Source of the DNA: Sphyrna mokarran
Taxonomy: Eukaryota
Length of the DNA stretch: 64,000 bases
Assembly (NCBI GenBank): GCA_024679065.1
Contig: JAGIQG010000007.1
Span: 67,828,001-67,892,000 of the forward strand
Direction of reading: 5' to 3'
Part shown: positions 26,530 to 40,399 of the stretch, one piece after another
Layout of the letters: each line of letters begins with the position of its first letter
How positions within the stretch are numbered: position 1 is the stretch's first letter
Position numbers and translations under genes: made by a program
The notes under the pieces: model-generated
Told to the model about the DNA's origin: nothing
Seen by the model: the letters and a program-made list of their open reading frames with translations, nothing else
The model's database searches: none

Positions 26530-27450
26530 ATGTGAGTAGTGGTGTGCCTCAGGGGTTCTCTGAGAGATAACTTGTTTCCATTTAAAAAATGATTTACACA
26601 CAGATGCAAAAGAAACCTCATCAAAGTTTGTTGATTATGATAAAGAGCCTTACAAATACTCGGAAGGACTGCAGAGATTTAGATTGCACAGTTAGGATTG
26701 GCAGGGTGGAAAGAAAAATGGCAAATACAGTTCAAAACATAAGTAATAGATTTTAGAAACAAAAAGGAAAGGAAGAAAAACCTAAATGGTAAAGTTCTGA
26801 ACAGTGAAGAAAAAAAGATGTTGATGAGTGCAACATCTGTCATTAAAAGGGTTGGTAGAAAAGAGAAATCAAAAAGCTCATGCAATCATGGGTTTTATAA
26901 ATCTATGCAGGAAATATAAAAGTGAGTAATTCTGATTTATACAAGGCAGTACATAACAGTTGCATTACTGCTTGGAGTTCTGGTAGACATTTAGCTGATA
27001 TAGTGTGCAAATTTTGCTGTCAATTGTGACCAAATGGATATAAAAGTTTAACATGTAAATACTGTAATGAGAGATTTATAAAGGCATGAAAGGGACCTCT
27101 TTCCTTAGAAGGATATTAAAATCATGGGAAAAGTTCCCTGGAAAGGACACCGTTAAGGAAACAAGCTCTAGCTATTTTTAAGTTTGTTAAAGGTCCTAAG
27201 AGAATAAGCAGTGTAAGTTCTTTCTACACAATGGCAATAAGAGGCATTGACTGCAGATTACCACATGCAGAATGAAAAGGCAAGGTAGGAGAAAGTTTAT
27301 GTATGGGGTCAATTGAATATAGAATGCTTTACTACAAGAGATTATTGAGGTAGAGACAATAACATCATTTAAAATTGAACTGGCAAAGTATTGCAAAAGT
27401 AGCATATAAAAGGATGCTAGAAAGGGTCATAACGTTGGATTAGAGCTGAC
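26530..27450 (+). mobile_element. Old, highly decayed CR1 fragment
   Basis: agtggtgtgcctcaggggttc (GVPQGS), aagtttgttgattat, aaatggcaaatacagttcaa. Confidence 0.55.
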
Positions 27451-28455
27451 AGCTGCAACTAAAGAACTACAAAATCAGAGGTAAATGGATACCACAGCCG
27501 ACAAGAGGACAGTTTCACTCAGTCTCAGAATCCATCAACATTGACAGCTGCTAATGTGAACCTGGGAATTTCAAGGAGAGAAAAGACAGAAGAAACATAG
27601 CTACCTATAATTAAATGAATATCAAGAAATTTAGTCTGATCTTGGCACACTAAACCTTCACCTGGATCTATGTTTTTGCCTACCCTTAACCAGCAAGGTA
27701 ATACGTTGATGTAAAGATTTTGCAAAACTAAACATTTTTGCATCATAAATTGTTCAGTTTATGTTTTTCCATTTATTTATAATGAAATTTGTTTCAATTG
27801 ATGTCATACTTGAATTGCTTCATCTAACCTTAAGTTTGTGCCATATTGTAAAATGGATTAGAGTCAAGCTTAAAAATGACTTTGTCCTTCAAATTGGAAG
27901 GTAATGGGTACTCAATAAACAGATGTTAGTTCAATACATACTTCAGCAGCCTGACAACTAATCAAGCTTTAAAAATATTACTACCCTAATTTACCTTATG
28001 CGGGTGGTCAAGGGCAATAAATTCATCTTCAAAAGACATCTCTTACCCACCACTCTGCCAACCTTTTAAGCTGCTCAGTGCACCACATCCCCAATCACTC
28101 ACCCATCAACTATCCCTGGCAGTTTCAACTAAGGCCTAATTTTCACATACTCCACCTCAGTGTCGCACATCAACCCACTGTACCAGCCTCACATCATCTC
28201 TCTCTGCATTCACATATCTTCATAAGAAGTTTCACAACACATATCTCCAGCCATTCTTCATAGCAAGCATCTGACACAAATACAAGTCTACTGGACCTGA
28301 TTACCTGCACCATATAGCCTGAGAGAAAGTGGCTGCAGTCATAGTGAATGTATGGATTGTAATGTTCCAAGTCTTGCTAGATTCTGGAAGTTCCAGCAGA
28401 TTGCAAAACCGCACATGTAATGTTACTATTCCAGAAAAGAGGGTGATAAAAAGCA

Positions 28456-29150
28456 GGACCAGAATTTAATGTTGAATGTATGGGTACACTCCTAACTCTG
28501 GAGCATGTGAAATTATGCAAGAAGATGTCAAATGTGTGCCCAATGTCATTGTGTCACACACATTATGGTCAGCATTCATGTGCAGGAGTCTGAAGCTTGT
28601 CATCTTACAAATAAGTGGGCAATTCAACCCATTAAAGAAGCAATTGATGGTGATTTTACATAGTCCATCCACTTTTCCAGTTGGTAGACAGGTCAACCAC
28701 CCAGACAGCCTTCATGTCTTTGCAGCAAAGAGTGAGATAAAAAATTCAGGGTGATATAGAATAAAAGAAGATGTTTGAGGGCTGAAGTCCTATGTGTGCG
28801 CGCTATCAGGTGCTTGAATTTACAATGAAGATACAGTTTGCAGCATTCATTTGAGCTCATTTCATTTGTACTGTGCAGTTCCCTGAGGCAGCTCCACAGC
28901 AGCTGTCAGCCTCCAGGGAACTTGCTGGAAATGCCCACCCTCACCCTCTGCTCTGCTCAGTGCCTACTCCCTTCAATGCCTCCATTCACATCCCCACCCT
29001 GCAGAAGCATTTCTCAGCTTGTATTTCACGCTGGACGCCAGTTAATTAGCCAGCCAGCATGAAATCACAGTGGTGGTCCAATTTCATCCAGAAGCTCGCA
29101 TCCATTTCCAGGCCTGTCAATCATATATACCCAATGAGCACAAGATTCAG
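28456..29150. mobile_element. Harbinger-type MITE inserted in CR1
   Basis: Splits the CR1 sequence aaagcagg|aaactat; TIR-like ends gaccagaattt / aagattcagg. Confidence 0.55.
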
Positions 29151-30152
29151 GAAACTATACACCAAGTAGCTTAATATCTATCATAGGTAAAATGTTAGAA
29201 TCGATTGTTAAGAAGATAATAGCACAACATTTACAAAATCATAATGGAATCAGACAGAGTCAACATGGTTTTGTAAAATGTAAATTATGTTTGACTAATT
29301 TATTTATTCTTTGATGAAGTAACAAGCAAGGTGGATAAAGGGAAATTGATTGATGTGGTTACTTTGATTTCCAAAACTTTCAAGAAGATGCCACTCAAAG
29401 ATGACTGCACAAAATAAGAGAGAAAACTTATTAACATGGATAAAAGGAAACAGGAAACAGAGAGTAAGGATAAATGGGTAATTTTCAGATTGATAGCAAT
29501 TGCTACTGAAATGCCACAGGGATCAATGCTGGGGCGTCACAACAATTTACAATCTATCTCAATGAATTGGATGAAAGAACTGAATGTATGGTAACTACAT
29601 TTGCTGATGGTACAAAGATAGATAGGAAAGCAAGTTGTCAAAAGAACATAAAGGACCAAGTTTTCCCACCCTGTCACTATGGAAATTGTAGCAGGCCATG
29701 CAAAGGTTTGTTGACCTGGGGTGGGATTTTCCAATTTTGGGATGAGTGCAATTGGAAAATCCAGCCCGGAGTCTACAGTCGGATTTAGAAAGGGTAGGTA
29801 AGTGGGTAAAAATTTGGCCGATGGAGTATAATGAGGGAAAATGTGAATTTGTCTATTTTGGCAGGATGAATAGAAAAGCAATAGGTTATTTGAATGGTGA
29901 GAGATTGCAGAACTTAGAATCAAGTGTTGGATCAAGCCCAAGATCATGGATGGTACAAATGTACTTATCAAGGTAAAGTAGGTTTCTTAACTTGGACACT
30001 TGAACTTTATTATAGATGTGCATAGTCAGAACCTATGCCGCTTCACCAGGATCTGCCTCGGCCGGAGCTAGCCCCATCTCGGGATCACATGACCCACATC
30101 CTTAAAGGGTCAATACTCACCCCAAACCTCCAATATAAATATATAACCATAT

Positions 30153-30260
30153 GTGGCAGGTGGCAAAGTGATTAGCACTGCTGCCTCACAGCACCGGGAA
30201 CCTGGGTTTGATTGTGGCCTTGGGTGAAGCTTGCATATTCTTCTTGTGGGGATGGTTTGT
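30153..30260 (+). mobile_element. HE1 SINE 5' fragment
   Basis: gtggcaaagtgattagcactgctgcctcacagcaccgggaacctgggtttgatt. Confidence 0.8.
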
Positions 30261-30496
30261 AATCTTGAGATAGGAGTAAAAAAAAATTCTATATACAAAG
30301 GAATCTGTTGCCTGAGTAAATGAATCACAAAAAGTTAGATCGAGCAAATGATTAGGAATGAAAATCAATAGGAGGATAATGCTAGGGTTTATCAAAAGAT
30401 GCATCAAGTATAAAAATAAGGAAATCTTGACACAGCTTATCAAGGCTTTTGTTAGACCACATCTGGAATGTTGTGTGCAGTGTTGATCTCCTTTCT

Positions 30497-31330
30497 TAAG
30501 AACATAGAACATAGAACACTACAGCACAAATAACCCCTTTGGCCCACAAGTTGCCCCGATCGTATCCGTACCTACCAGGCCTATCTATAACTTTCAATCC
30601 CATTAAATTCCATGTACTCATCCAGAAGTCTCTTAAAAGACCCAATGAGTTTGTCACTACCACCACCAACAGTAGCCGATTCCACTCACTCAACACCCTC
30701 TGAGTGAAATATTTACCCCTGACATCTCCTCTGCACCTGCGCCCCAGCACCATAAACCTGTATCATCTCATAGCAACGATTTCAGCCCTGGAAAGTAACC
30801 TCCAAGAATCCACCCTATCTACACCTGTCAACATCTTATAAACCTGTATCAGGTCGGCTCTGAAGGGGGAAAAGATCTAGCTCCCTCAACCTATCCTCAT
30901 AAGGCATGCCACCCAATCCAGGCAACATCCTTGTAAATCTCCTCTGCACTCTCTCAATAGCTTCCACATCCTTCTTGTAGTGAGGTGACCAGAACTGCAC
31001 ACAGTACTCCAAGTGGGGTCTGACAAGGGTCTTATAAACTTGCAGTATTACCTCCCGATTCTTAAACTCAATCCCTCGATTAATGAAGGCTAGTACACCA
31101 TATGCCTTTTTCACCACATACTCCACCTGCGAGGCCGATTTAAGAGTTCTATGGACCCTAACCCAAGGTCTTTCTGCCCCTCAATACTGCTAAGACTCCT
31201 ATCCTTGATATTGTACTCCTTTATCCCATTGGTCCTGCCAAAATGGACTACTACACATTTATCCGCGTTGAAGGCCTTCTGCCACTTTTCCACCCAGTGT
31301 TGTATCCTATCTATGTCATGACATAATTGC
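30497..31330 (-). mobile_element. Younger CR1 3' fragment inserted antisense in the older CR1
   Basis: ORF 30836-31126 AYGVLAFINRGIEFKNREVILQVYKTLVRPHLEYCVQFWSPHYKKDVEAIERVQRRFTRMLPGL; (agaacat)n tail. Confidence 0.95.
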
Positions 31331-32049
31331 ATTAAACAATTCAGAGGAGGTTCACTCAGCTAATTCCTTGGATGAAGGTGTCATCTTATGAGGAAAGTCT
31401 GAGCAAGTTAGGTCTGTAATCATTGGAATTCAGAACAATGGGAGGTACAGATGTTGAGAGGATGGTTCCCTTTGTGTGGAGACTAGACTAGGTGGCACAG
31501 TTGTAAGAACAGGGCTCTCTCATTATGCAGTGAGATGGGGAGATTTTATTCTCAGGGCGCTGTTAGTCTGTGGAATGTTTCTCCACACACAGTAATGGTG
31601 GCTGGGTCATTGATATTTTAAAGGCTAAGTTGGATAGTTTTTTTATTCAAAAGTAAACTATTATGGGGGTACACAGGAAAGTGAAATTGAGGCCATATTT
31701 GGATTGGCCATAATCTTTTTGAATGGTGGGAGCAGAGATGAGGGACCAAAAGGACTACTCCTGCGCCTAATCCTTGTGTGATTGTGATAGGCAAAGGCAT
31801 CCAAAAGACCAACAGTAAAGGAATGAACAAGAGTGAATAGTTTGTTTTTATTTGTACAAGTGATGTGTTTTGGGTAAATACATAGTGGAAAGTTGGTGGC
31901 ATTTTTTGATGGATTATGATCACAAGGGCATAGTGACGGGGCATCCCAGTATAGAGAGACTAGGCAGGGAGGAGCAAGCAGTGATGATTGGCGAGATGAC
32001 ATGCTTAAAGGAAATGGAGTCTGAGTACCAGTCTCTGGACGGCCCATCC

Positions 32050-32930
32050 AGAGCAAAAGGACCTTGGCTGCATCCTCCTGCCTCCTCCTTTATCTTTGCC
32101 TCTGGATGCCTGGTGCTCGTGGCATGGCTGAACCCTCATGATGAAAATTTTGTGCAGGACACAACAGACTATCAGGAACTTGGAAACAGGTTTTGGTGTA
32201 TGGAAGACTCCCTCTGAATAGTCTAGGCAGTGGGTATGTTGCTTTAGTCCCCTGATGTCTATTTCATGAATTTACTGGTGGCTCCATGGAAACTTCATTA
32301 TTTGTCCATTGTCCCCTCATGGTTAACTGATGGAAGGGAGATAGCTTTTCTCCCCTAGTGGCTAATCTCTGATTCTTCCTAAAAGCCCAAAGATAGTGTG
32401 TATGATAGCCTGCTCCAGAAAGAAAGCATCATTTCTGTTGTCAAAATTGGGGCATTTGCTACAATTATAAACATTGATGGAATAGTAGTCTGTGCGGTTA
32501 CAATAACTTTCCCCATTGACATAGGGGCTATAGAAACATGTACATGCAATTGAGGGCTCCACCACAATTGGAAAATATCCTGTATTGGCAAATCCACATC
32601 TCTTTTCCATCTTCTCCCTGTTTAGAGAGAAAATTATGCCATTCTGTCTCTTTGCACATAGGGCCTCCTCAGTGATGGACAATATACTGGGACATGTTCA
32701 ATACAATTGTCTGCTTCACCTGGAATGATCTGATCACAGGCTATTGGCAGGCAGCCTTTGGCAACACTATCCTTGCCCTGGTGTGAGGCTGCAGTCCTCT
32801 TGTAGGAGGTGGTATTGTTCTGTGACTACCTTGTTGCTAAGTTTGAGTTGCTGGGGTGGAGATATGGGAAGTATTCTCTAAAAGACTATGATAGATTGGG
32901 CTTTCTGTGGACAGTCTCTTCCTTTTCCTC
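32050..32930 (-). pseudogene. Second decayed Harbinger transposase (HARBI1-like)
   Basis: Reverse-strand pieces: FREYFPYLH; VVTEQYHLLQ; LQPHTRARIVLP; ORF 32362-32682 EALCAKRQNGIIFSL...GFANTGYFP...NRTDYYSINV...DAFFLEQ; LGEKSY; LKQHTHCLDYS; VSKFLIVCCVLHKIFIMR. Confidence 0.8.
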
Positions 32931-35164
32931 ACTCCTTGCAGAATTTCCTTGCTCTGCAGCTTCCACTAAATTTTGTCATTGTGCTGCAAAACCTAGAGGG
33001 TCTGCAACTATAGCCCGCTTGTAGACTTGACATAGGAAAGTAGCGAAATCGGTACATTTCCTGAATGGATGCACCAACTCACCAACAGAACTCCAAAATG
33101 AAAAGAACAGACCATCCACAAACTTTGTCATAGCATTAGTAAGTCAAAAGTGCCTCACCTGCAAGTTGGATGCTTCACTCTTTTCAAAAGTGGATGAGGG
33201 GAAGAGTTTGTGCAGAAGAATACCTATTCGAATGAGAATGATTAGCACAAGCATACACTGGACTTCAGCAGTTTAAATGATGAAACCTTTTGACAAATCA
33301 GAAGGAACAGTTGTTAAACATCCTCATAAGGCCTTTACCAAATCTTATAGCACAAACACAACACACTCCCATCCAGGACCTGGGTGGTAGGTATTGCATG
33401 AAGCAATCTTATATAACTGTAGGTTGCATTGGCTTAGGGACTCCCAAGATGCATATGTGTTTCGCTGCCTTGAGGAGTTCATGGACTATACACACATAAG
33501 TTGTCCTAGGTTGCATCCCCTTTTTAGTTTACTGGAAGACCTATGATTTTCTTTTTCATTGCACTTCAGCCCCATGATCCTGATTTTCTGGCGGTGAGAA
33601 AGCAGGACCTCCAGATGGGCCTGCTTCTAGGCTGAGTCAAGATGGCCATTTATAGGTCCAGACAGAGGGAGTCAAGGGGATCATCCTTCCCAACTATTTT
33701 CCCCTCTTCTGTGTCTATGTCCACTGCTGGTTGTCCCTGGAAAGGGAGTCTATGGTGTCTGCTGGCACCATCAAGGCTTTCTGTGCCCACTGGGCATCAG
33801 AAAATTGTCGTATTTTGTGAACCCTTTTAATCACATCTTGTTTTGATGTTTCCTTTGAGATTCTTTTTATTTTGTTGCAATATCCCTTTAAGGAGCTGCA
33901 TTTTCATTTATTCTTCAATTCGTTGATTTAGTTTATTTGGTTAATCAAAAGAAGCACAACATATCCATATCAAAAGAAGCACAACATGTTCATACTAATA
34001 CTCTTCCCAATTTGGGGTGCCATGCAGATTGCACAAGAAATGGCCAGCAATGCATTGCACACCATGATCCTACTTTGCATCTTTTGTCGTACCAGCAGCA
34101 ATAACACTGTGAAACCCAGTTTCATGGCAATTATGTTATCACCATATTTCCCTCATACAGAAATTGGGGAAATTATTTCTGAAACAATATGCGACTGAAA
34201 AAGGTATCCCTCATTATGAATAAAATGTTGACATTGAAATATCTAATATTTCTACTGGTAACTGGTGCTGCTGAGATATTACATGCCAACAGCCTGAAGT
34301 ATTATAATTGTTAACCCTGCTTGGTTTTAAAATTTCTAATATTTCACCATTATTTTATTGCATGTGTAGTGGTGATTAAGGGTACTATTATGCTGCCAGT
34401 CTTGAGCAAAATGTTTCCAGAAGTATCTTAGTGCAAAATGTGTAATTTTGATGCTCAGTTTCAAAGCCAACCAGTGTGAAAATTTCCTGAGTTTGATCTG
34501 CAGCAACTCCAATCTAGTTCCAAACTACAATTTGACAATGCCTAGCTGTTTTGTAAATTTATTTCTTCATGTTCAGAAAAAGCTCACTCTTATCCCAAGT
34601 TCCATATATCAAAATGTATATATGGCTCTAAGCATGGAATGCCCAGTTCACTCCGTCACTGATCTCTGTGCGATTAGGAGCAATCTATGGTCAGTAGTAT
34701 AAATCATGGAATTATAATCTGAGACCTACATTTACAGTTGAATTGAAGCCTTGTAAAAATATTGCAACAAAATACAAAAATGCAAGCAGGGTAAAGCATG
34801 CTTTGTTTAGGAAGGGCTAAATTTGACCTCGAGTTGCTGTGTAGAGTGATCACTTTTTAAATATTTTAATGAACATTTTTATTAAATAATATTTTGTGAG
34901 TTACTTTTCAGACAATGTAAGTAAAGACTTTTAAAATATTAAAGTTGACTGAAGAAAGTGCAATATCGTAGAAAGTAATTATATGGAAGCCAAGATATTA
35001 CATAGCCATGCATGTTTTGTTGATTTATATCATATTGTTATACAAAGATACCAAAATGTAAATAAGATTGCTTGGATAAGAGGTTCTGAAGTATGTTCGA
35101 TATGAACTGGAACTGAAACATTCACCAATTGAAAAAGGTGCAGGGATGTCATATAAAATTCCAA

Positions 35165-35530
35165 TTGGATGGATATGGATGAATTGATATAGATGGATGG
35201 ATGGATATAAATGGACACATACGGATGGATGGATATGAATGGATGGCTCTAGATAGATGCAGTAAGAAGTCTCACAACACCAGATTAAGTCCAACAGGTT
35301 TATTTGGAATCCTAAGCTGTCAGAGTGCTGCTCCTGCAACAGGTGACTCACCTGATGAAGCAGCAGCATTCTGAAAGCTCATGATTCCAAATAAACCTTT
35401 CTGACTTTAACCTGGTATTGCAAGACTTCTTACTATGCCCACCCCAATCCAATGCCAGCATCTTCACATGATAGATAGATGGATATGGATGGATGGCTAT
35501 AGATAGATGGGAATGGTTGGATGGATATGT
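35165..35530. repeat. Degenerate (GGAT/AGAT)n microsatellite
   Basis: Direct reading; split by the element at 35260. Confidence 0.8.
35260..35470. mobile_element. Short palindromic Penelope-related repeat
   Basis: agtaagaagtctcacaacaccag...tttatttggaatc / gattccaaataaac...cctggtattgcaagacttcttact, then a ccccaatccaatgccagcatc tail. Confidence 0.7.
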
Positions 35531-37327
35531 AACCTGAAATATTGCTTCAATTTTACAAAAGCTAAATGTAATGTACCTTAGCTAGAGGTTGGATCAGATA
35601 AAAGTGAATACATAAATTGATGAGTTATAAACTTTCCAGCATTAAGCTGTTCATTGCTCAAGTAAACAATGTTAAAAAAAACTTCACATGATTAATCTTC
35701 AATACTATGCAGATGCTAACAGAAAACTACCTTTTCCTCTCACAATTTCGTATATTTCAGATGTTTTGCCTTTTTAATGATGAATATTTCAAAATATCCT
35801 TATGTTTGTTTTGTGATGATCATTGAATTTAGTGGATATGGTGATTCAAGATTAGAGAGAGAAAATGAGAGATTGAAAACATTTTAGGTGAAAACAGGTT
35901 TGGTTGATGGGATAGCTATTAATTTGTCATTTGTATCCGACTTTTATAACATTTCGAGATTCTCCCGCATTTTCACAGTAACTTCATTGCAGTGTTACTG
36001 TAAGCCTTACTTGCGAGTAATAAATAAACTTCACCTTTTAAAACTTTTCCAACTTGTCCTTGGGGTTGTAAAGCATCTTCTCAGCAATCTTCATGATCCA
36101 ACCTTCCAGTTAATAAAAAGGATAAAAGCTCGACGGCTAATTGAAGGAAAAACAAGTTCTATGTCTAAATTATGATTTATTTTTGTTTTAGTCAGATGTT
36201 GACTGCGGCATGAAAATAGTATCGATCTCGGTTGGTAGGAAACGAACGATTATTGGATTACTTAATATTGACTTCCCACTCTACCTTAACTCAATCTATT
36301 TATGTCATTGTTTATAACGACATTGAGGATATCCCAGTTACTAGCATCAATGACGCAATTCTTATTTACTGTATGTTTAGTGCACACAGTCCGAAATGGT
36401 TCAGGAACTTCTCTGCATTCAACGAGTGTAATCACTTGAAAATAATTCGACAGCTCTAACTTTTGTTCGTGGACAAATCTGGTATCAAATCTGCCAGTTT
36501 TATAACAAACTACATCTTTAAATGGTATCATAATGACGCGCTTAAAGTGTTTGGGTAAAATGTGCATCTTGCTTTAATCAAAATCATTTTAAATGAAGAT
36601 TTACAGGAGTAGAACCTATTAGATTCTACCATAGAATCGCACCTAAGCAATAAACCTCCGGGTGATTTGCTGTTAGACCTATACTATGTTAGTTAACGTA
36701 ACACACATTATTTCGAGGTTTCACGTAAATATTCGATCTTTGTTCACAAAATACCAACCAAGTAAGAGTCAATAACGTGCTTTATCAAAGGACAAAGGGA
36801 ACATTATTACCTTGGTTAAAACCGGAAAATCCCTGACTATTGTTGTTTGATCTTTATACAATTTCCTTTTCAAAACTGGTTTCGTGTATTTCAACCACAT
36901 CATAAAGAAGAGCGGAATTTTGTGAAATTCCTACATATACTGGTTTAGCTATGGTTACCTATGTGGCATGGCATGAATGATATCAAGTTCTAATTCACAT
37001 TTTCCGACTGTTTAAAGAAACCTTCCAAATTGCGTTCATAATTCATATCGACAATCTATTTCCGGATTGTCTATCACATTGCTTCCACATCGTGTAGACT
37101 AACGTGTTTATTTTATTAAAATTCAGTTTGTAGATCGAATGTCTTGCCTTATGTCAATTCAAGGCTGAATCTTAACCCTTTCGTAGATAATGAGGAAATC
37201 ATCAAACTTGCATTTTTCAGCAAGGTTGGGGAAGAAAGAAACGAGTAAAAATGAACAGATTTCGTTAGATGTTGTCGCATACCATCAAATAGGAGCAACA
37301 TCGAGTTTTATTCTAATCTCACAAATC

Positions 37328-37535
37328 ATTCCTAAACTCTGGAATTCCATCTCTAAACCTTTCCCCTTTTCTAGCTTTCTTTCCCCCTTTAAGACGCCCC
37401 TTGTAATCTAGCTTTTCGACCAAGTTTTTGGTGATTTGTTCTAATATCTCCAATGGGTAGTTCAGTGTCAAATGTTGCTTTAACATTGTCCTGTGGAGTA
37501 CGGATTACTACACTAAAGTTGTAGATACGCCAGTT
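37328..37535 (+). mobile_element. L2 3' end
   Basis: cctaaactctggaattcc...tttaagacgcccctt...ttcgaccaagtttttgg. Confidence 0.65.
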
Positions 37536-38572
37536 TCTATTATTTCATCACATCACCGCCCTCCCCACCCCCATTTCCTTGAGCCTCAGGTCAAATCCCA
37601 AACATTTTTAGAACCAATAAACTAAAATGTCGAAAGAAATATAAAGAAAATGCATACAATCTTTTCGATGCCTCCAGCAGTTTTCCCATTGTTTGCTTGT
37701 GACAGTGTTCAGGGATCGCTTTTGATTTCCGAGGCTCCCGGTTAATTCTGGAGGACTAATATGGACCACACCTTAAACAGAGTAGTCCATAAAATGTGCA
37801 CGTAGGCCAAACCTCTGCCAATACTGTCCCAACAACACACATACAAACATATCCTAAATATTGATGATCATTGCACACGTCCTCGTAGGCCTATTAAAGA
37901 ATAGCAATTCTATGGATGTATGAATGCACTATACCTCTTTAAAGATACTTATGGACTAAATTGCAGTGATGCGTGAGATATGCAAGGAAATCAAATAATC
38001 AATTACCAATCTACGAATTATCTTCACAGTACACAAGCTTGTGTCCTCTCAGTGCATTGAGCAAATCATTTAATCTTGATCTCCTCGACGTTCTTTTATG
38101 GAATAATTGAAATCTTGTTTCTTTCAATTGATCAAAGGCATTATTGTTTCTTTATGTTTCGTGTAAAGTAACCATTAGCTAATACAGTGTATCATAACTT
38201 CAGTACCTTTGTCTTTAGCTCTTCTAACAACTTTCTTGACTTTACTGTATCCTTTGATCTTAAATTGAGCTAACATCTTCTTTATTACTACGCTGATTTC
38301 AATTATCTTTTTGTGGTGAATATTATTTTCCATTTGATAACTCCTTACACAGATTAAAGGGTCAACCCATTGAAAACTGAACACTACACCTACAATTATG
38401 AAGGTCTTCTGCCATTTGGCTTGGCTGACAAAAGGAGAGCGCTTTTTATTGACAGGTATTTCCTGTCTCACCTTAAACTTCTAACCATCCGCTAACCATC
38501 TACGTCCACTTCCATAACGTCAACTGACTCAATCCTTACCTCAGCTCATTGCTGCTGTTACCCCGAAAGTTC

Positions 38573-38700
38573 GTAAGAAGTTTGACAACACCAGGTTTAA
38601 GTCCAACCGATTTAAACCTGGATTTAAACTTGAACTTAAACTGCTGTTGTCAGACTTCTTACTGTGTTTACCCCAGTCCAGGGCTGGCATCTCTACAGCA
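38573..38700. mobile_element. Internally deleted copy of the Penelope-related palindromic repeat
   Basis: gtaagaagtttgacaacaccaggtttaagtcc ... ctgttgtcagacttcttactgtgtttaccccagtcc. Confidence 0.65.
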
Positions 38701-38944
38701 TGACCTCGAAACTTCACCATTCCAGCCTCGCATTTTGGATCCTCCTTAAACTGGAAGTCATCAAAGACTCTGTTGTCCATGTCTAACACACGCAAAGCCA
38801 CGTTCAACCATCTGCCCTATGCTTCTGACCGGCACCGGCCCCCAGATGAGAGATGGAACCATTATAAAACTGTAATCCACCGTTGGCCTCACCACTGCTT
38901 ACCTTAGTAATCCTCTCCAATCCTATAACCATCAAACCCCCACT

Positions 38945-39420
38945 ATCACTCCATACATACGACCCTTACACCCACCCATCCCACCCCCACCCATGACCCA
39001 TACCTCCCATCCACACCCCCGCATCTACACTCACACCATCCCCACCCACACGACCCTTCCACCTGTACCCACACTCCCACCCACACCCCTACATACACAC
39101 ACACGCCCCCAGCCACACTCCCATCCACCCCCACACACATTCCCAAACCATCCCACATACTCCTCAGCCTCACACACGCTCTACCCCACCCACATTCTCA
39201 CCCACACTCCCCACACACCCCCACACCATCCCCACACACAGCCACACATACCCCCCACACACCCCTACACCATCCCACGACACACTCACCTATCCACACC
39301 TCCACACCATCCCCGTCCCCACCACCATCCTCTATGCACACACCCTCACTCCCACCCACCCCTCACCCACACTCCCACTCCATCCCCCACACCACCCTCA
39401 CACACACCCACGCCACTTGT
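38945..39420. repeat. C/A-rich degenerate (CCCA/CA)n low-complexity tract
   Basis: Direct reading; gives spurious H/T/P-rich ORFs. Confidence 0.9.
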
Positions 39421-40399
39421 ATGATACATGCACTTCTCCAATTCTGAAATCTTGAACAACTCCGTTTTGGCGGCTACTCTTTCAGCTGCTGAAACCCGAG
39501 CTCTGAAATTCACCGCCCACCATCACCCCGCCCCCGCCCCGCTCCCCCACCCCGCAAACGCCACACGCACTTCTTCATCATCTCCCAATCGTAAATCCTC
39601 GAAGATACATTCCGTAAACTTTACCCCTTTGACTAAGTTTCTGCTTACCTGCTCTATCATTCCGTCGGGTTGACACGGACAAAATGGGTCAAATGGCTTC
39701 CCTCTGTGCTGTAACTTTTCTAACGGTTTTATGGTGCCAAATTTTATCTAATAACACACCTTGGGAAACATTATTGTATTTTAAAGGTGCTATATAAATG
39801 CAACTGGTTGTTTTTTTTATAACCTATTCTAATATGTCAATACTGCTTTGATTGTGCTCTTTTGAATCTTTCCTTCTCAGTCTTTAGAAGTTGTAAATAT
39901 CTAATTTTGCGGATGCTTGTGTTTTACTACAGTATCAAGTGTTGACATCAAAATTCATCACTTGATTTCCTATTTATTTTCCCTATTATCTTAAACATAT
40001 TGAGCTTTTGATTTCCCTCGGTCTTCTTGCCTTCCTCCTTTTCATGTCCAGACTTTTAAAAGCACTGCCCAACATCACTTATTCAATATCTTTTGAATTA
40101 CCTCCTCAATGTTTTCAACTTGGATGTAGTCAATTTTCCCGATGGCTTGCGCTTAAAATAAATTGTATTGTAGAGTAAGGATGACTGTGAACGCTGATTG
40201 CCTTACATTCAAATATTACTAGGCTGCACTAAACTCTATTCTTTTTCTTCTCATCGTCAGGACTGTGGATTAAAAATCTTAGAAGTTGCCCTCTTCAAGA
40301 TTTGAATTCATATAACATCTTATACAAACGTACATCTTTAAATTAAAGTTATCAAATTACTTTGCATACAATGAATTACTAGGACGTCCGGTGTCTGTT

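Larger units (their letters stand above)
28280..31790 (+). mobile_element. CR1 LINE ORF2 relic hosting nested insertions
   Basis: ggacctgat...ccacagggatcaatgctgggg (PQGS), TFADGTKI, W..IWPMEYNEGKCE, gttagaccacatctggaatg, ending in 3' UTR gactactcctgcgcctaa. Confidence 0.8.
38480..39812 (+). mobile_element. L2 3' fragment interrupted by a palindromic element and a CA-rich tract
   Basis: aaactggaagtcatcaaagactctgttgtccatgtctaac...; ends aaaggtgctatataaatgcaactggttgtt. Confidence 0.6.

Noticed and set aside
33944-33987. Short direct repeat atcaaaagaagcacaacat x2
   Set aside because: Ordinary slippage duplication with only two units; not CRISPR-like
38358-38456. Peptide HYTYNYEGLLPFGLADK, superficially like the vitellogenin N-terminal YxYxYEG motif
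   Set aside because: In-frame stop just upstream, no suitable acceptor in that frame and no other vitellogenin exons; probably chance
38946-39424. H/P/T-rich ORF
   Set aside because: CA/CCCA simple repeat inserted within an L2 fragment
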